This document shows, piece after piece, positions 1 through 12,100 of a stretch of DNA of 64,000 nucleotides. The notes under the pieces were generated by a model. That model was given only the letters and a program-made list of their open reading frames with translations, was not told where the DNA came from and did not search any database. The DNA lies in NCBI GenBank assembly GCA_030141605.1, contig JAQGDQ010000024.1, positions 1,074,994-1,138,993 of the forward strand, in the 5' to 3' direction. Each line of letters begins with the position of its first letter. Positions within the stretch are counted from its first letter, which is position 1. The position numbers and the translations under genes were made by a program. The DNA comes from Tubiluchus corallicola (taxonomy: Eukaryota > Animalia > Priapulida).

Positions 1-519
1 ACTGTTGAAACAGATCCTGGAGTGACCAGTAGATCCAATTTCAGCAATAATTTTCTGTACAAAAGAAGAGAAACGTCGTGCTGAAATTTGGTTCAACTTT
101 GTCCTTTATTGAACACAGTTACAGTTCTGGAGAAAGCTGGATAAATTACACAAGTGACTCTGTCACTAGCTAGAGAGCCTTTAACATGGTTCCAGCAACT
201 TTCTCGTGCTGGGAAAAATATAATGACAACAAATTACGCCGACGAACCAATCTAAGCAATCTAAAAAACTCAATAATTTAAGTTGGTGGACAAAGCAGCA
301 TAGTTCGAACATAATTTAGACCAATAGGTAATCCTCACTTTCTTTCATATTATTAATTCAATAAGAATTTGTATTGTACTGAGGCAGATATATTCACAAA
401 AATACACTAAATTGTTTACGGTTGTCTGAAACGATTGCCAATGCTACAATAAATTGACTGTTTTGATCGTTATGATTATTTAAAATCGTAATTATTAAAC
501 TTTCACATTTCTCTAACAG

Positions 520-971
520 GCGTGGCCCAGTTAATACACCTTCACAGTCTGCTATAGAGAAAACCAGTCAACAAACCAGTAACAACAGATCTTTATCATT
601 TCGTACACATTTCCGTCTGCAATGAATAGCAGTGATTTCCCACTTTGAAATTATGCAAGCGTACAATATTATGCTCGGTCAAATATACGCAACGCACACT
701 GGTGTATTTGCGTGTGATAATCACGCGAAAGCGGTCAGCATTTTTGGTCGTGCTAGTTGTCTGATACACGTTAATCATTATGTGAGAAAATACGGTAACC
801 AAAAAGTCTAAACCAACCTGAGCGATTTCGTTAATACAGTTTGATTGTCAGTGTCTTTTTAGACTTTGTTAAAAGCGGCGATTACGATTTAACCATATTA
901 ATTTTTATGAAAGTTTCATGGTGAAACTTGTGCCTGTTACTGATCAAATAGACGACTACTGGTTATTATAG
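520..971 (+). other. Candidate upstream (probably non-coding) exon of the PTB gene
   Basis: Acceptor tttctctaacag ends at 519; donor tag|gtaaga at 971/972; could splice to the acceptor at 1837. No transcript evidence. Confidence 0.35.
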
Positions 972-1856
972 GTAAGATTATACTGAATTTGCCCTTTTTT
1001 GACAAAAATCTTTTCTGGTAATTATTAACATTACTGCAATATTATGATTAACGAGTACAGTGTACCTAACACAGCTCACATGCACTACATGTAAAGCTAA
1101 TCTAATACAAAGACTCGTATCTAAACCCTGGACTCGATTTTTAAATATTTACTCTAAAGCTGCTTATCAGACGTGGAAAAATGCGTCATACGAAACATTG
1201 GTAAACGACGCAACTAGCACACCGGTGTAAATCACCAATTACCATTAGTAACGGGCTGGTGATTTTATAAATAATACATAACAACATCTGCTACTCAACG
1301 TAAGTGTTGTCTGTCGCATTGAAAACAGTGGATTTAATGTACAACAAAGCTAACTACATTCATAGTTGGTAAGTTTTTATTGCTTAATTTTAACAACGTC
1401 TCGCTGATGTTGAAGTGTTGCATTTTCTTAAAATAAACCAACTAAACTGCATGTGTAAAGTACGCATCCTTAGGCAAAGTTTGACCATGTCAGACGCAGA
1501 CCACGTGCCATTACTTCCTTGTGCTTAGTGGGCACAATGCACACTAGCATAGGCTCACACGCAATCTCTTTAAACTTCAATATAATTCAGTGAAAAGAGC
1601 GTTCACCTGTCATTGCCTGGCAACAAGAAGGTGTTTGTTTTGGCCAGTGCAATTTACCTATAGACCTAATACACAGGCAGCAGCAGCAGCACAGAGCCAG
1701 TGTGTAAGCGAAGCAGAACATGGTTGCTGTATTACAGCCTACACATTATACAAACCGACCAAATTGTCGGTCGGTGTAAGTGATAATACTGTTTAAAATT
1801 GCATTAAGTGTTTTGCACCATCGTGTTTCTGTTACAGAGTACAAATGTAGAAAATC

Positions 1857-2603
1857 ATGGCGCTCAATCAGCAAGAACGCAGAAGCAGTAACGACTCGAA
1901 CAGTTCCACAAAGAAGGACAGCCCAAGTAACACAGCTTTTAAACTATTCAAGAAATTGGGCATCAAAGATAAAGATGAGGTGACAATGAAGAACGAACAT
2001 GAGAAGAACAACGAAGTGATGACAAATGGTTCGCCGGATCATAAGCAAACCGTGGACTCCCTTCCACAAGTATTTCACGTAAAGTACCTTGGTTTTCGTC
2101 CTGCTAAAGGCTTATGGGGCATAAAACATACAAGGAAGCCTGTGGAAGAACTAGTGAATGCAACGAAGAAACTGAAAGAAGGTGACATGCTACCTGAATT
2201 ACAATTGCACATATCAGAGAAAGGTATTCACACTTGTGGAGTACCTGACAATAAAAACAATGAATTCGAAGAAGGATTACGGCCCATTGACAGTATTTCC
2301 TATGGCGTACAGGACACAAAGTATACCCGTGTGTTTGCTATGATTGTGGTCAACGTGGAACAAAGTGGGGTGCCTACTTTCGCATGTCATGCATACGTGT
2401 GTACCAGCAGAGCCAGCGCTCGACGTATGGCACTAACTTTAGCCCTGGCATTTCAGGAGTTCGGCAATCAGTGTTCAGAGAACAAGTCAAACAGTAATTC
2501 TCCAATGATTGAGAAGTCCCAGAAACTAGCAATCGATTTGCGATCACCTGAAGAGATTGAGCAAGATTTGATAGCTGACCAAGAACTAGATTCAGAAGCG
2601 TGA
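1857..2603 (+). CDS. PTB/PID-domain adaptor protein (248 aa), resembling the invertebrate LDLRAP1/ARH-like PTB family; coding region in a single exon
   Basis: Uninterrupted 248-aa ORF with PTB hallmarks (FHVKYLG...LHISEKGI...ISYGVQD...RVFAMIV...FACHAYVC...ARRMALTLALAF). Start context aatcATGG; pyrimidine-rich acceptor ttctgttacag ends at 1837; AATAAA cluster at about 2827-2871. Subfamily call is from recall of the GLWGIKHTR/SYGVQD motifs, not a search. Confidence 0.88.
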   Translation: MALNQQERRSSNDSNSSTKKDSPSNTAFKLFKKLGIKDKDEVTMKNEHEKNNEVMTNGSPDHKQTVDSLPQVFHVKYLGFRPAKGLWGIKHTRKPVEELVNATKKLKEGDMLPELQLHISEKGIHTCGVPDNKNNEFEEGLRPIDSISYGVQDTKYTRVFAMIVVNVEQSGVPTFACHAYVCTSRASARRMALTLALAFQEFGNQCSENKSNSNSPMIEKSQKLAIDLRSPEEIEQDLIADQELDSEA

Positions 2604-4927
2604 AGTAAGAACTTGTAAAATTTTTCAACATTTGACATTCCTAATCCGAGTAATTCTAACAATTATCTACTGAATGATCTGCTAAAAATTATTTTATAAT
2701 AATATATGTAAACCCAAATAATAATAGCAAAATACCTTTATAGGTGCAAACTAAAAAGATCAATATTTACAACTTTTGACACATTTTCTATGACTATATT
2801 TCCTAATTGTTGCATATATTAAATGGAATAAATTATTTTAAATAAAATATGCTTTTAAAATTAAAAATAAACTTTTGCTAAGTACCAAGGTTCACCAAAC
2901 TATATTATCACAGTTAATTATAATGTCTGTTAAATTAACTTGGATTTGCAGACTCAAATATGGTAGCCATTTGCAATTTCTTAATGGTACTTATGTTGCA
3001 CCCACAGGTACAGTGTTGTTCAGGTACAGTTCAGGTGCAAATATTTCAAGTCAGATAATTATTATGGTAGTGCTTATCAGTACTGAGCCTTGTAGAACGA
3101 GCAAAAAGAGTCAAAGTTTAGTAGGTCTAAAAATTACAGAACAGCCAGCAGAGAAATGACTGGCAGAAAACATTTACTGAAGCACAAAGATTACTAGCAG
3201 TGCATACATTTACAAGAGATATTTTGATGATCATCTTTAAAAAAAGAATGTAAAAGCACATATAACATGCCTTTACATAGTTTATACAACATATAGCGGA
3301 GTAAAAACTTGCTGTAACTTATGTATTTTCCAATGTGAAAGTTCATTTGAAAAGTCTTTTATATACTGTAAAGAGTTATTATTAAGTTAATAATGTTAAT
3401 ACGTTCAGCTATAAAAAATTTTCATTTTTAATAACACCTACTTAATTACGTATTTTCGCATTTAATGTACAAATGTAAATTTTTGTAGTAATATTAACCA
3501 AACTTGTAAATTCTGTCCTTGTTTACAATTTTTTGTGATTACATTTTATACACTTTTAAATAAAAAAATAAGCTGTTGCTAATGTACTTCAAGTTAATGT
3601 CTAAAATCCTACAAAGCATTATAATCTAAGTTCCAATTTTGAAATGCGCATTAAAAATTAAGATTCAGACTATAAACAGGTTTTGATTTACATACAATAA
3701 GGTCTGAGTTGCTTACACAGCACTTATCATATTTGCTAGCATCGAAATTAACTTCTTTATGACCAATAATTGCAAGACATGCTATTTGTACCACGTTATA
3801 TCCAGGAAGCTTCAGACTGGTATTATAAGTCTGACACAGGAGCGTACCAAATTGACCAGATAACTCAGTCAGTTTAAGGAAGGTACTGTTCTTTAGATCA
3901 CAATAAGCTTGTTATGAGTACCATATGTGATAAGTATAACACTGACCACTAACTAACTTATTACGCAGACCTAGAAAAGCAGACAAACATCCCAGTATGC
4001 AGACAGTGAACTAATTGTATATGTATTCATTCAAGAGCTGGCAAGAAATCTAGTAGTATCAACATTAAAACAGAACAAGATAACATCAAATAAAGGAGAA
4101 TTTTCTTTTGGCACCGATGGGTTAATTAGGCAAAAATGAAGACGATCTGACCTATGCTAGCGCTGAAAACTCCGGCATCAAACCATGATTTGCATTTAGT
4201 TATGTATCATATATCTATCTGAGTAAGGTTTTAGAACAGTCTGAACCAATGAAAAACTAAACACAAAGCAATTCCAGAAATTTAAAGATTTGCAGAACAC
4301 CTGATTTCATGCAGCTAGAATTTAAGATGGCATCTAAGTTTACATTTCACGGGTAAACAAGCAAACAAGCTTCAGTAACACAAAGAATGCCTGACTTAGT
4401 TATTTTTATCGTTAACTTTTGTTTTTACCAGATAATCACTCCACTTTTCCCTTTGTCAGTTTGAAGACTAAAAAACTAAAATTTGGCACAACGGTAGGTG
4501 GCATTCAGATCTAAACTTTTTGATCAGACTTTGAGATTTTCGAGAAAATACTCTGATTCCAAAATTTTTGACACTGCCAAATTTTGGCCCATATGGGTTC
4601 ATTAAGAAGGATCCACGTAGAAAAAGCTAAAAAGAATAGAGAGGCCAGATATAAAATAAAAGCACAGTAAAGGAACAGGTAAGTAGTAATACTATGATGT
4701 TTCCTCACAGTCAAAAACCGGACAGGAAATGTCAGAAGCATATAGCTATGTTCTTTTGCAAATACGGAGAAACAGCTACTGCTTAATATTTGCATAACAA
4801 TCCAGGTAGTTAAAGCACAAGAAAACCATCCACTTACATAAAGCTTAAAAAATTTGTCTCCAAATTTCATGCCACTTACATACTACCTTTTCGTATGCAT
4901 GGCTTGCATCGGCCGTAACGGTATAAA

Positions 4928-5303
4928 TTTAAACTCCCACGATGACCGTTAGGCGCAGCCATTTTAATGGTAGGTCGTTTGAAACAAGTTTTGACAACAT
5001 TGAGTAAAATTTTAAATTACTGTATCTTGTCAATAAGATTAAAAATACGTTTTTGTCTAGTGAGTGGCGCACCCAGTGAGTGGAGGGTGAGTCAGCGACA
5101 TTTTACCAACTGGCACAAACATTTTAAATGATTAGTCTAGTTACATAAGTGTTTCCAGCAGGTAAGCGAAATGCTAAGTAATATAGATTTGCACGGAAAG
5201 TTTTTTGGCTCATAATTTAACATTGCCTTTTCTTCCCCTGATTTACGTATTTTAGTGACGTCATGTAATGGCGCCGTCGGAACAGTATTGTGGGAGATTT
5301 AAA
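4928..5303. mobile_element. Degenerate inverted-repeat element (probable old MITE)
   Basis: TTTAAACTCCCACGATGACCGTT...GCCATT at left is an imperfect inverse of AATGGCGCC...AACAGTATTGTGGGAGATTTAAA at right. Confidence 0.4.
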
Positions 5304-6116
5304 ATGAAAACAAACGAAAATTCCTTTCAACACGAATACGATATGTGCATAAAATTGCTGTAAAGTAGTATAATTTTTTAAGGCGATTTTTCTAAAACCT
5401 ACTTCAGGTGTCCCTTTTCTTGTCCTTTAAGGAGAATGTTTCTCGAAACATAGGAATGAAAAGCAATTAGTACTTACCGAAATATTCTTCAAATTTTAAT
5501 TCGATTATCAGGCAACACTTAAGTTTTCACAAAATCACCTAAGCAGTTATGATAGGGATGTGCAGTGCATGTCTGCAAGCAAGATCTGGTTTTGCGTTTT
5601 GAAATTAATTACAGCTTAAAACTAACGTCAGACTTTACAGCAATGCACTGTTTGGTAAAATGAAAAGTACAGTTTTTCTGACTTAGACACCATTACGAGC
5701 CGAGTAATAAGTTTGTGTTGTATAGGCCTTAATCTTAATCACGTTAATATTTGTACATGTAGCTGTAGGCCCACAATTTAATAAATGTTTGACTGTTTGA
5801 CAATAGTCGTTGGGTCTAGTCACTCACTTATAGTTAACAACAACATATTTAAAGTTGTTTTCCTACCATCCCAACCTATCATCCAGGGCTTGGTCACTGT
5901 TAACGATGTGGTTATTATATTTAATGAACTATTAATGATGACACTATTAACTTAGAGATGCATTTGCAAAGCTAAGCCCACTTTTACGTTAATCACGATC
6001 GAAGACCTTTTAGACAGCATAACATCATTTTTAAAAAATCAAAGTAATCAAGAATTTTAAAAACCAGCCTAATTACCTAGTAAATGCATGTTTGTTTTGG
6101 AAAAAGTTCAACTTAC

Positions 6117-9100
6117 CAAAGCTTTGGAAATCTTTTCGCAAGATGCACTCCAAGTAATGTTTGCTGAACCCTTATCCTTTCCTATATGTGCAACTACATT
6201 CTTTGGTGGAGCTAATTCATCTGAAAATTCAATAAGAAATAAGTCAAAAACATAAAGGCATTAAACTGCATAAACTACAAAAATGATTATAATACATGAT
6301 CATGTCTAAAGACTAACTCTACCGAATTGCTAGGAAAACTTGCTTCATAAAACAGGGTTCAAAGAGTTATTTTCAAGCTGATATTTTTAACAAATGCTAT
6401 CAAATATTAAGAGAGTTTTTAGAATGTAACTTATCTTGGACTGCATGTTAATGCCCATAACAAAATCATCTCTTGTTAATAAATACCAGCTCAGGAACTT
6501 GGTATTTGATTGAGTGCCGCTAGAGATGATGTGACTTGAGTTCAATTTTACAATCATCTTCCATGCATGCCTTTTATTTCAAAAGCGGACATTGTAGTAC
6601 AGTGCGGCTGTGTGACAAAACTATTGAAGTACAAAAACTTTGAAGCACTTTCAGGTTCACAATGATTTCAAGTTCATTGCTGCGCTAATGCATGACTTAG
6701 CGATGTACTACCCTGACATTACGTCGAAATGCACGGATATTGTTACGCATTTAAGTACATATGTATGGCTGCAAAAACCTTCAAAAACATTATTTGGACT
6801 CAGATATTTTAAACCAGAATTAACTATAAGTTAAGGTATAAAACAAATCAAATTTTATTACGTTACGTAAGTTACCAAAATCCTACAAATTCTAGAATAA
6901 CTAGAATAATCTCACCCCAATAATACTCATATTTTGTGCAATTAAGCCACTGAATCAAACTTACCAAATTGGGTACTGCTATGTGCAAACTCACTAAATG
7001 GTCCGTAACCCAGCGGGCCAATGATTCGCACTTGGAATATGTAGTCTTCACATGCATCTAGGTGATTTAACGACGATTTCGTATCAAAAGTACTAATGCG
7101 AATTCCTTTTTCTTGAAGATTCAGAAAACTGGTACCTGCAAAGATATTAATAAGAGTGAGCATTACAAATATTGCGAAATCAATTATGATGAGGACGATG
7201 ATGATGATGTTGATGATGATGATAACGATAATGAAGATGCTGCTGACTATAATGCAAATGAGGACTGATCGGAAATGTAGTTGTCTTCATTACTACAAAT
7301 AGGTGCAAAGTAAGCCATAAAATACGGCAAAATATAAAAATCAGCCATAATAAATACTGTTAATACTTTCAATAATAATTTAAGCAATTGATTGAATAAA
7401 AGTATGCAGTGAAATATTTTTATTTCCAGTTTTTGAACAACTTTATATCTTGAGAAGAAACAAAAATATTAGCATTTGTAAATTTTGTAAAGAAAAAATA
7501 AATATATAAAAAATATATGTATAATGCCTTTTAGTACCCAAGCAAATAAAAACTGCCAAAAGAACAGACATTTAATAGAAAAAAATAAAAAAGCAAACAA
7601 ATAAACAAATAAAAGGCTCACCATAATAGATGCCATACTTCCACTGCTGTGATCTAGGGTCAGTTGGTTTCTCCCAGGATAACATGATTTTCCTCCCAGT
7701 AATCCATACAGCTTTTATGTTTGTAGGCTGACTTAACCTCTCACCTACATAAAATTATTTAAACATAGAGGATTAGTGTGCCCTTCAATCCCATTTTATA
7801 CAAACTTTCACCTACAAAACTAACTTCGGAACTGACTGATGGGGCCATTAAGAAAAACTTGCTATTAAACAAGTCAGTGTGATACAAAAAACAGTCTGTT
7901 TTAACGGACCAACTGTATTGGCTGAACATTTTCTAGTAAAAAAGTTTTTATTTTTTAATAAAAAGTGTACATTTTCATTCTTTCTTACCTGGTGTAGTAA
8001 TCTTAACATGACTAGGTGGCCCTTTTATCGTGTTTCCATCATTAAAGGTTTTGTACCCGTGAACGTCAAATACATAATATGCTCCTGGTGATAATCCATC
8101 AACTGAAACAAATAACAACAAAGTAAAAGTACTCAGCCTGCTAGTGCAAAACAAAAGTGATGTGTGATTGCAAAATTAAAAAAATTCCACAATATCAAGA
8201 TGATATTTTCTACACACATGATAGACATTCATTATTTTTGGAACAGAAATCGAAACTGGGAACCTGTCATAGCAAAATTTTATTTGAACATGAATTCCCG
8301 AAAAATGTGTTTGGAAAAATATTGGTTCACGGTGATTATTTTTGCAACCCATTCCAATTTCCCCGACTTTTGTCCCATTTTCCCTGACTTTTTACAAAAT
8401 TATCTTTTTCCCTGACTTTTCCGTGACTTTCCAGGACAGCCTGTATTTTCAAGGATTTTCCCTGACTGTGGGAACCATGGTCGTATTTATTTAAGTGAGT
8501 TAACTGGGACCACTGAAGTCAAAATTCAAATATTCTCATACTAATCTGTTACAACAGTGGTTTAGTCAAAATCAGCTTAATCAGAGCTAGGTTAGTCATA
8601 AAACGATTTGACGATGTTCAAAAATTCCAACAGAATTTTAAAAATTGTGGGTTCAAATGTTAATGTACAAGTTTAAGCTTTTAATTTTGATCACAGAAAA
8701 ATGCTCTTTCATACCAGGTGGTACAGTTGAAATTTCAATGCTAACAAGTTCTGTCTCAAGGCTAGTTAAGATTTCTAAAAAAACATATACTTACAAAAGT
8801 ATTACATAATCAAAAAACAGGGTTTAGTAGATTTCACTAGTAAAATTTTACATTATGTTGGACATTTTGTCCATTGATGTTCTTTATTCTTTCCACAAGG
8901 TGTGATGTGGCCATACGACTAATTACAAGAAATTCAGGTAATACGTTACCAATGAAATTTGTTGCCGTTGTTGTGTTCTCGTACTGCCTATCCAGACTGT
9001 AATGAATTTGATATCCATCGACCTGGCTCTCTAGCGCTTTCCAGTTTAGTTGCACTGATCTAAATTATAAATATAAAAGTTAAAATATTCTGTAAATGGA

Positions 9101-12100
9101 AAAAAAATTAACGTGTGCTGGAAAAATTTACAGGAAGCCTTGATGCAATAACTTGCTGATGCATAAATCCCACTAGTAATAAGATCACCACTAGCCTACT
9201 AGCTTCTTGCAACAACGTGCCCACTTTGTTTGATAGCGAGTATTCAGTATTCAGTTAGTTGTGGCATTACATCCGTCACTGATCAGCAAATCAAGGGCAG
9301 CACCTACTTCTGTCACTACACGCTCATTGAACAACAGTTTAGTGATTAAACAGCGACGTCAATAATTGAAAGTAAATTATCATCACTCAGTCTGCAGACT
9401 GTTCTCATTGTCATGCACTTTAGCTTCACAGATCGTGCAACCATAAATTGGTAAAAAAAAAAACAGCAAGCATGTGAGAGGTTTTAGTGTTATGAAAATG
9501 TTAAATATGAACCTTAAAACCATCAACTTATCAATTTCTTACCGATTGTTATTTGTAAGAATGCTTGCAGTCAGGTCTTGAACTTTTCCTATTGCAGCAT
9601 GTCCAAGTTTGTAGCTGACGTTCTCTGACTTCAGCCCTTCGCAAGCAGGCATCCCAGGAGGAGGAACTGTCTCAGCAGAAACCTATTTCAAATTTCATTT
9701 TGAAGATAAAATGAGCAGTTTAGTTTAAAATGTAAAAAAAAAACAAAATATACGATGTGCTATATACCAATAGATAACATATAGGCACAATGTACTGTAT
9801 GGAGTACATATCCAAAAACACAGATTTATTGGGAATTTTAACAAGCCAGCTATCTGAGTACTCTCTCTAAATTACAGGAGGTTAAATATGAAGCGATCCT
9901 TCCAACATAATAGATATTTGAAAAAATGACAAAATAGTCCCAGTATTATCAAACACAATATAAAATTATGAATAATTCACTTTTCATTACTTTCATCAAC
10001 AATTACCTGTAGTGTGTAAGTCTTGTCTTTGTCTAAATGGCGAATGTACATGTACGTTTCCTGACCTCGAGTTTTTTTAATCACTGGATACTCAGGTGGA
10101 GAAATGTACACCTGTAATAAAGCATTATTGAGCACATACACACACAAAATATTATTGTCAATTATGTCGCTCAATACTGACTACTGCGCAACATACATGT
10201 GGTGACTTATATAATACATGCTTGATCTCTTTTGATAAGAAGTTAGCATGACAAATTCTGTCAGAAGTAACCAAAAGCAAGCAAGAATTCGACTTGCTGT
10301 AAAGGATAACATAGGTTTAGGCATTAGCATCATTCTCATAGAAGTGAAAGCAACAAATTTGTCAATCAGTAAGTCTCTACACTCTAACAAATGTATAATA
10401 TTATCTATTCCATTGTAGAAGCAAACTTAAGAGTAAGATACAATGAATTTAGGATTTCACTTAGTTTGTAAACAATTGGTAATTAAAATCAGGAATTTTT
10501 ATTTTTCATTAGCACACATGAATATCAAACTCCATATTTTCTATTTTCTGTATAGTGTTTTGTTTTTTTCCTGTCCGTGTGCATTAGCCAACAGCTTCCT
10601 TGCATATTCTCATAATGTTTATACAAAAGCCGAGTACTGATTTTTAAGATTTTAAGATTTTAAGACTGCGCGCTATTTTCCAAGTAACTATTCAAAGCAT
10701 TAATGCCAATAGCATTTGTGTTTCACTTTCAAAGAAAAAATCTTGAAAAGCATTATTTTTGTACCTTGTAATCCTGAATAATTCCATTTGGAACAAGAGG
10801 TGGTCTCCACTTCAACATGAGTATATTCGGTCTTTCTTCGCTGTGACTAACAGTTACATTAATAGGTGCACTAGGGCCTGAAAATAACAAAGTTCACTTA
10901 ACATACTACGTACAAAAACCACCAAAAAATTGTATTCATAATGTCAACATTTTTCGTACATGAATTTTTGTCAAAAAATGGAAATACTATATTTATATAA
11001 CTAATTACTACATTTATATGAGACATAAGCCATCAGAAGAAAATTGTCACAAACTTTAGCAATTTGGAAAGTAAAATTTTTTAATACCTGACTAAAGCTT
11101 ACTACTCTCATTTTCAAACTATTTAAATTTTTGTTTGCATTTGGTTTTCCCAAATCAATTCGTCTTCCAAACATAAAGAGATACTGTTCACTTAGCAACA
11201 GATAAAAGCAATACACACAAAAGTGATGTCACCAGTGGCAGCTCTTGTATAGGTAATGTGGAACTGCAGCACCCCCTATTTTCACTCAATATTATCGATA
11301 ATATTCCATATAATAAATCTTTTTTCTTTAGTTTTCTTTATACTTGTACGGAACCAGAGCATGTGAGGGTAGTATTGTTTGCTTCACAGCCCAAGCACAG
11401 TGTGCTTCAGCAATGCAGTGTTTGGCTGTTGTGTGCATGCGCACATGTTTGAGTCCAGGTAAATATAGTACTGTCACTCACACAGTTTGTTGTTAGTTGT
11501 CCCGTGCCTACTGTGAATATATCAAGCTTGAACTGCGACAATTTAGGCTATTAGTAAGCAAAACATATTTTTGTTCAGGATTTTATCAAGTTTCGGTATA
11601 AATTTTTGTACGTTTGCTTATTTAAAATTACAATTAGAAATTACAACATTAAAATTACACAGTTTTTATGTTCGTTTCGTTTTATAAAGTATTAAAACAA
11701 TGTGTAAAAATTATCTGGAGCAGCACCCCCACTAAGTTTAACCACGAGCTGCCACTGGATAGCAAGTGTTATTTCTAACAATACATACACCCAGAAGATG
11801 TTCTGACACGCAAGGGCGGTAAAGTCGGTGCAGACAACAAAGTAAAGGCATTTTTAGTTAAAGTCACAGAAATTGTGACTTCATACATCGTATTTGCATG
11901 GAGATTGGTAAAGTTGTAAGTACAGCAGACATCTACGGCAGACATATTCTGCCATACATTGTTGCTACCTTTAACCCTATAAAATAAAAATTAAACAACA
12001 TAAAAAACATGTAATAGCCATTTACTGTAAAGCGCTGTTAATGTTAATGAACAAAAAGTTGCAACAAAGCCAATGTATTAATCAACAAAGTGCATTTTTC

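Noticed and set aside
1-54. Minus-strand acceptor-like site (ctcttcttttgtacag) as the next SORL1 exon
   Set aside because: The phase-0 translation (KIIAEIGSTGHSRICFNS) does not resemble an FN3 continuation and is cut by the window edge; cannot be supported.
3650-3900. Stop-free minus-strand frame as a candidate missing SORL1 exon
   Set aside because: No FN3 or TM features and no convincing splice sites.
5948-5975. Minus-strand SFANAS peptide resembling the SORL1 FANSHY tail motif
   Set aside because: Flanked by in-frame stops, with no preceding TM segment or acceptor; coincidental.
8217-8480. TTCCCTGAC repeats ending GTGGGAACCATG, a possible MITE end
   Set aside because: Only one terminus is recognisable and no TSD was found; probably a decayed element, not delimitable.
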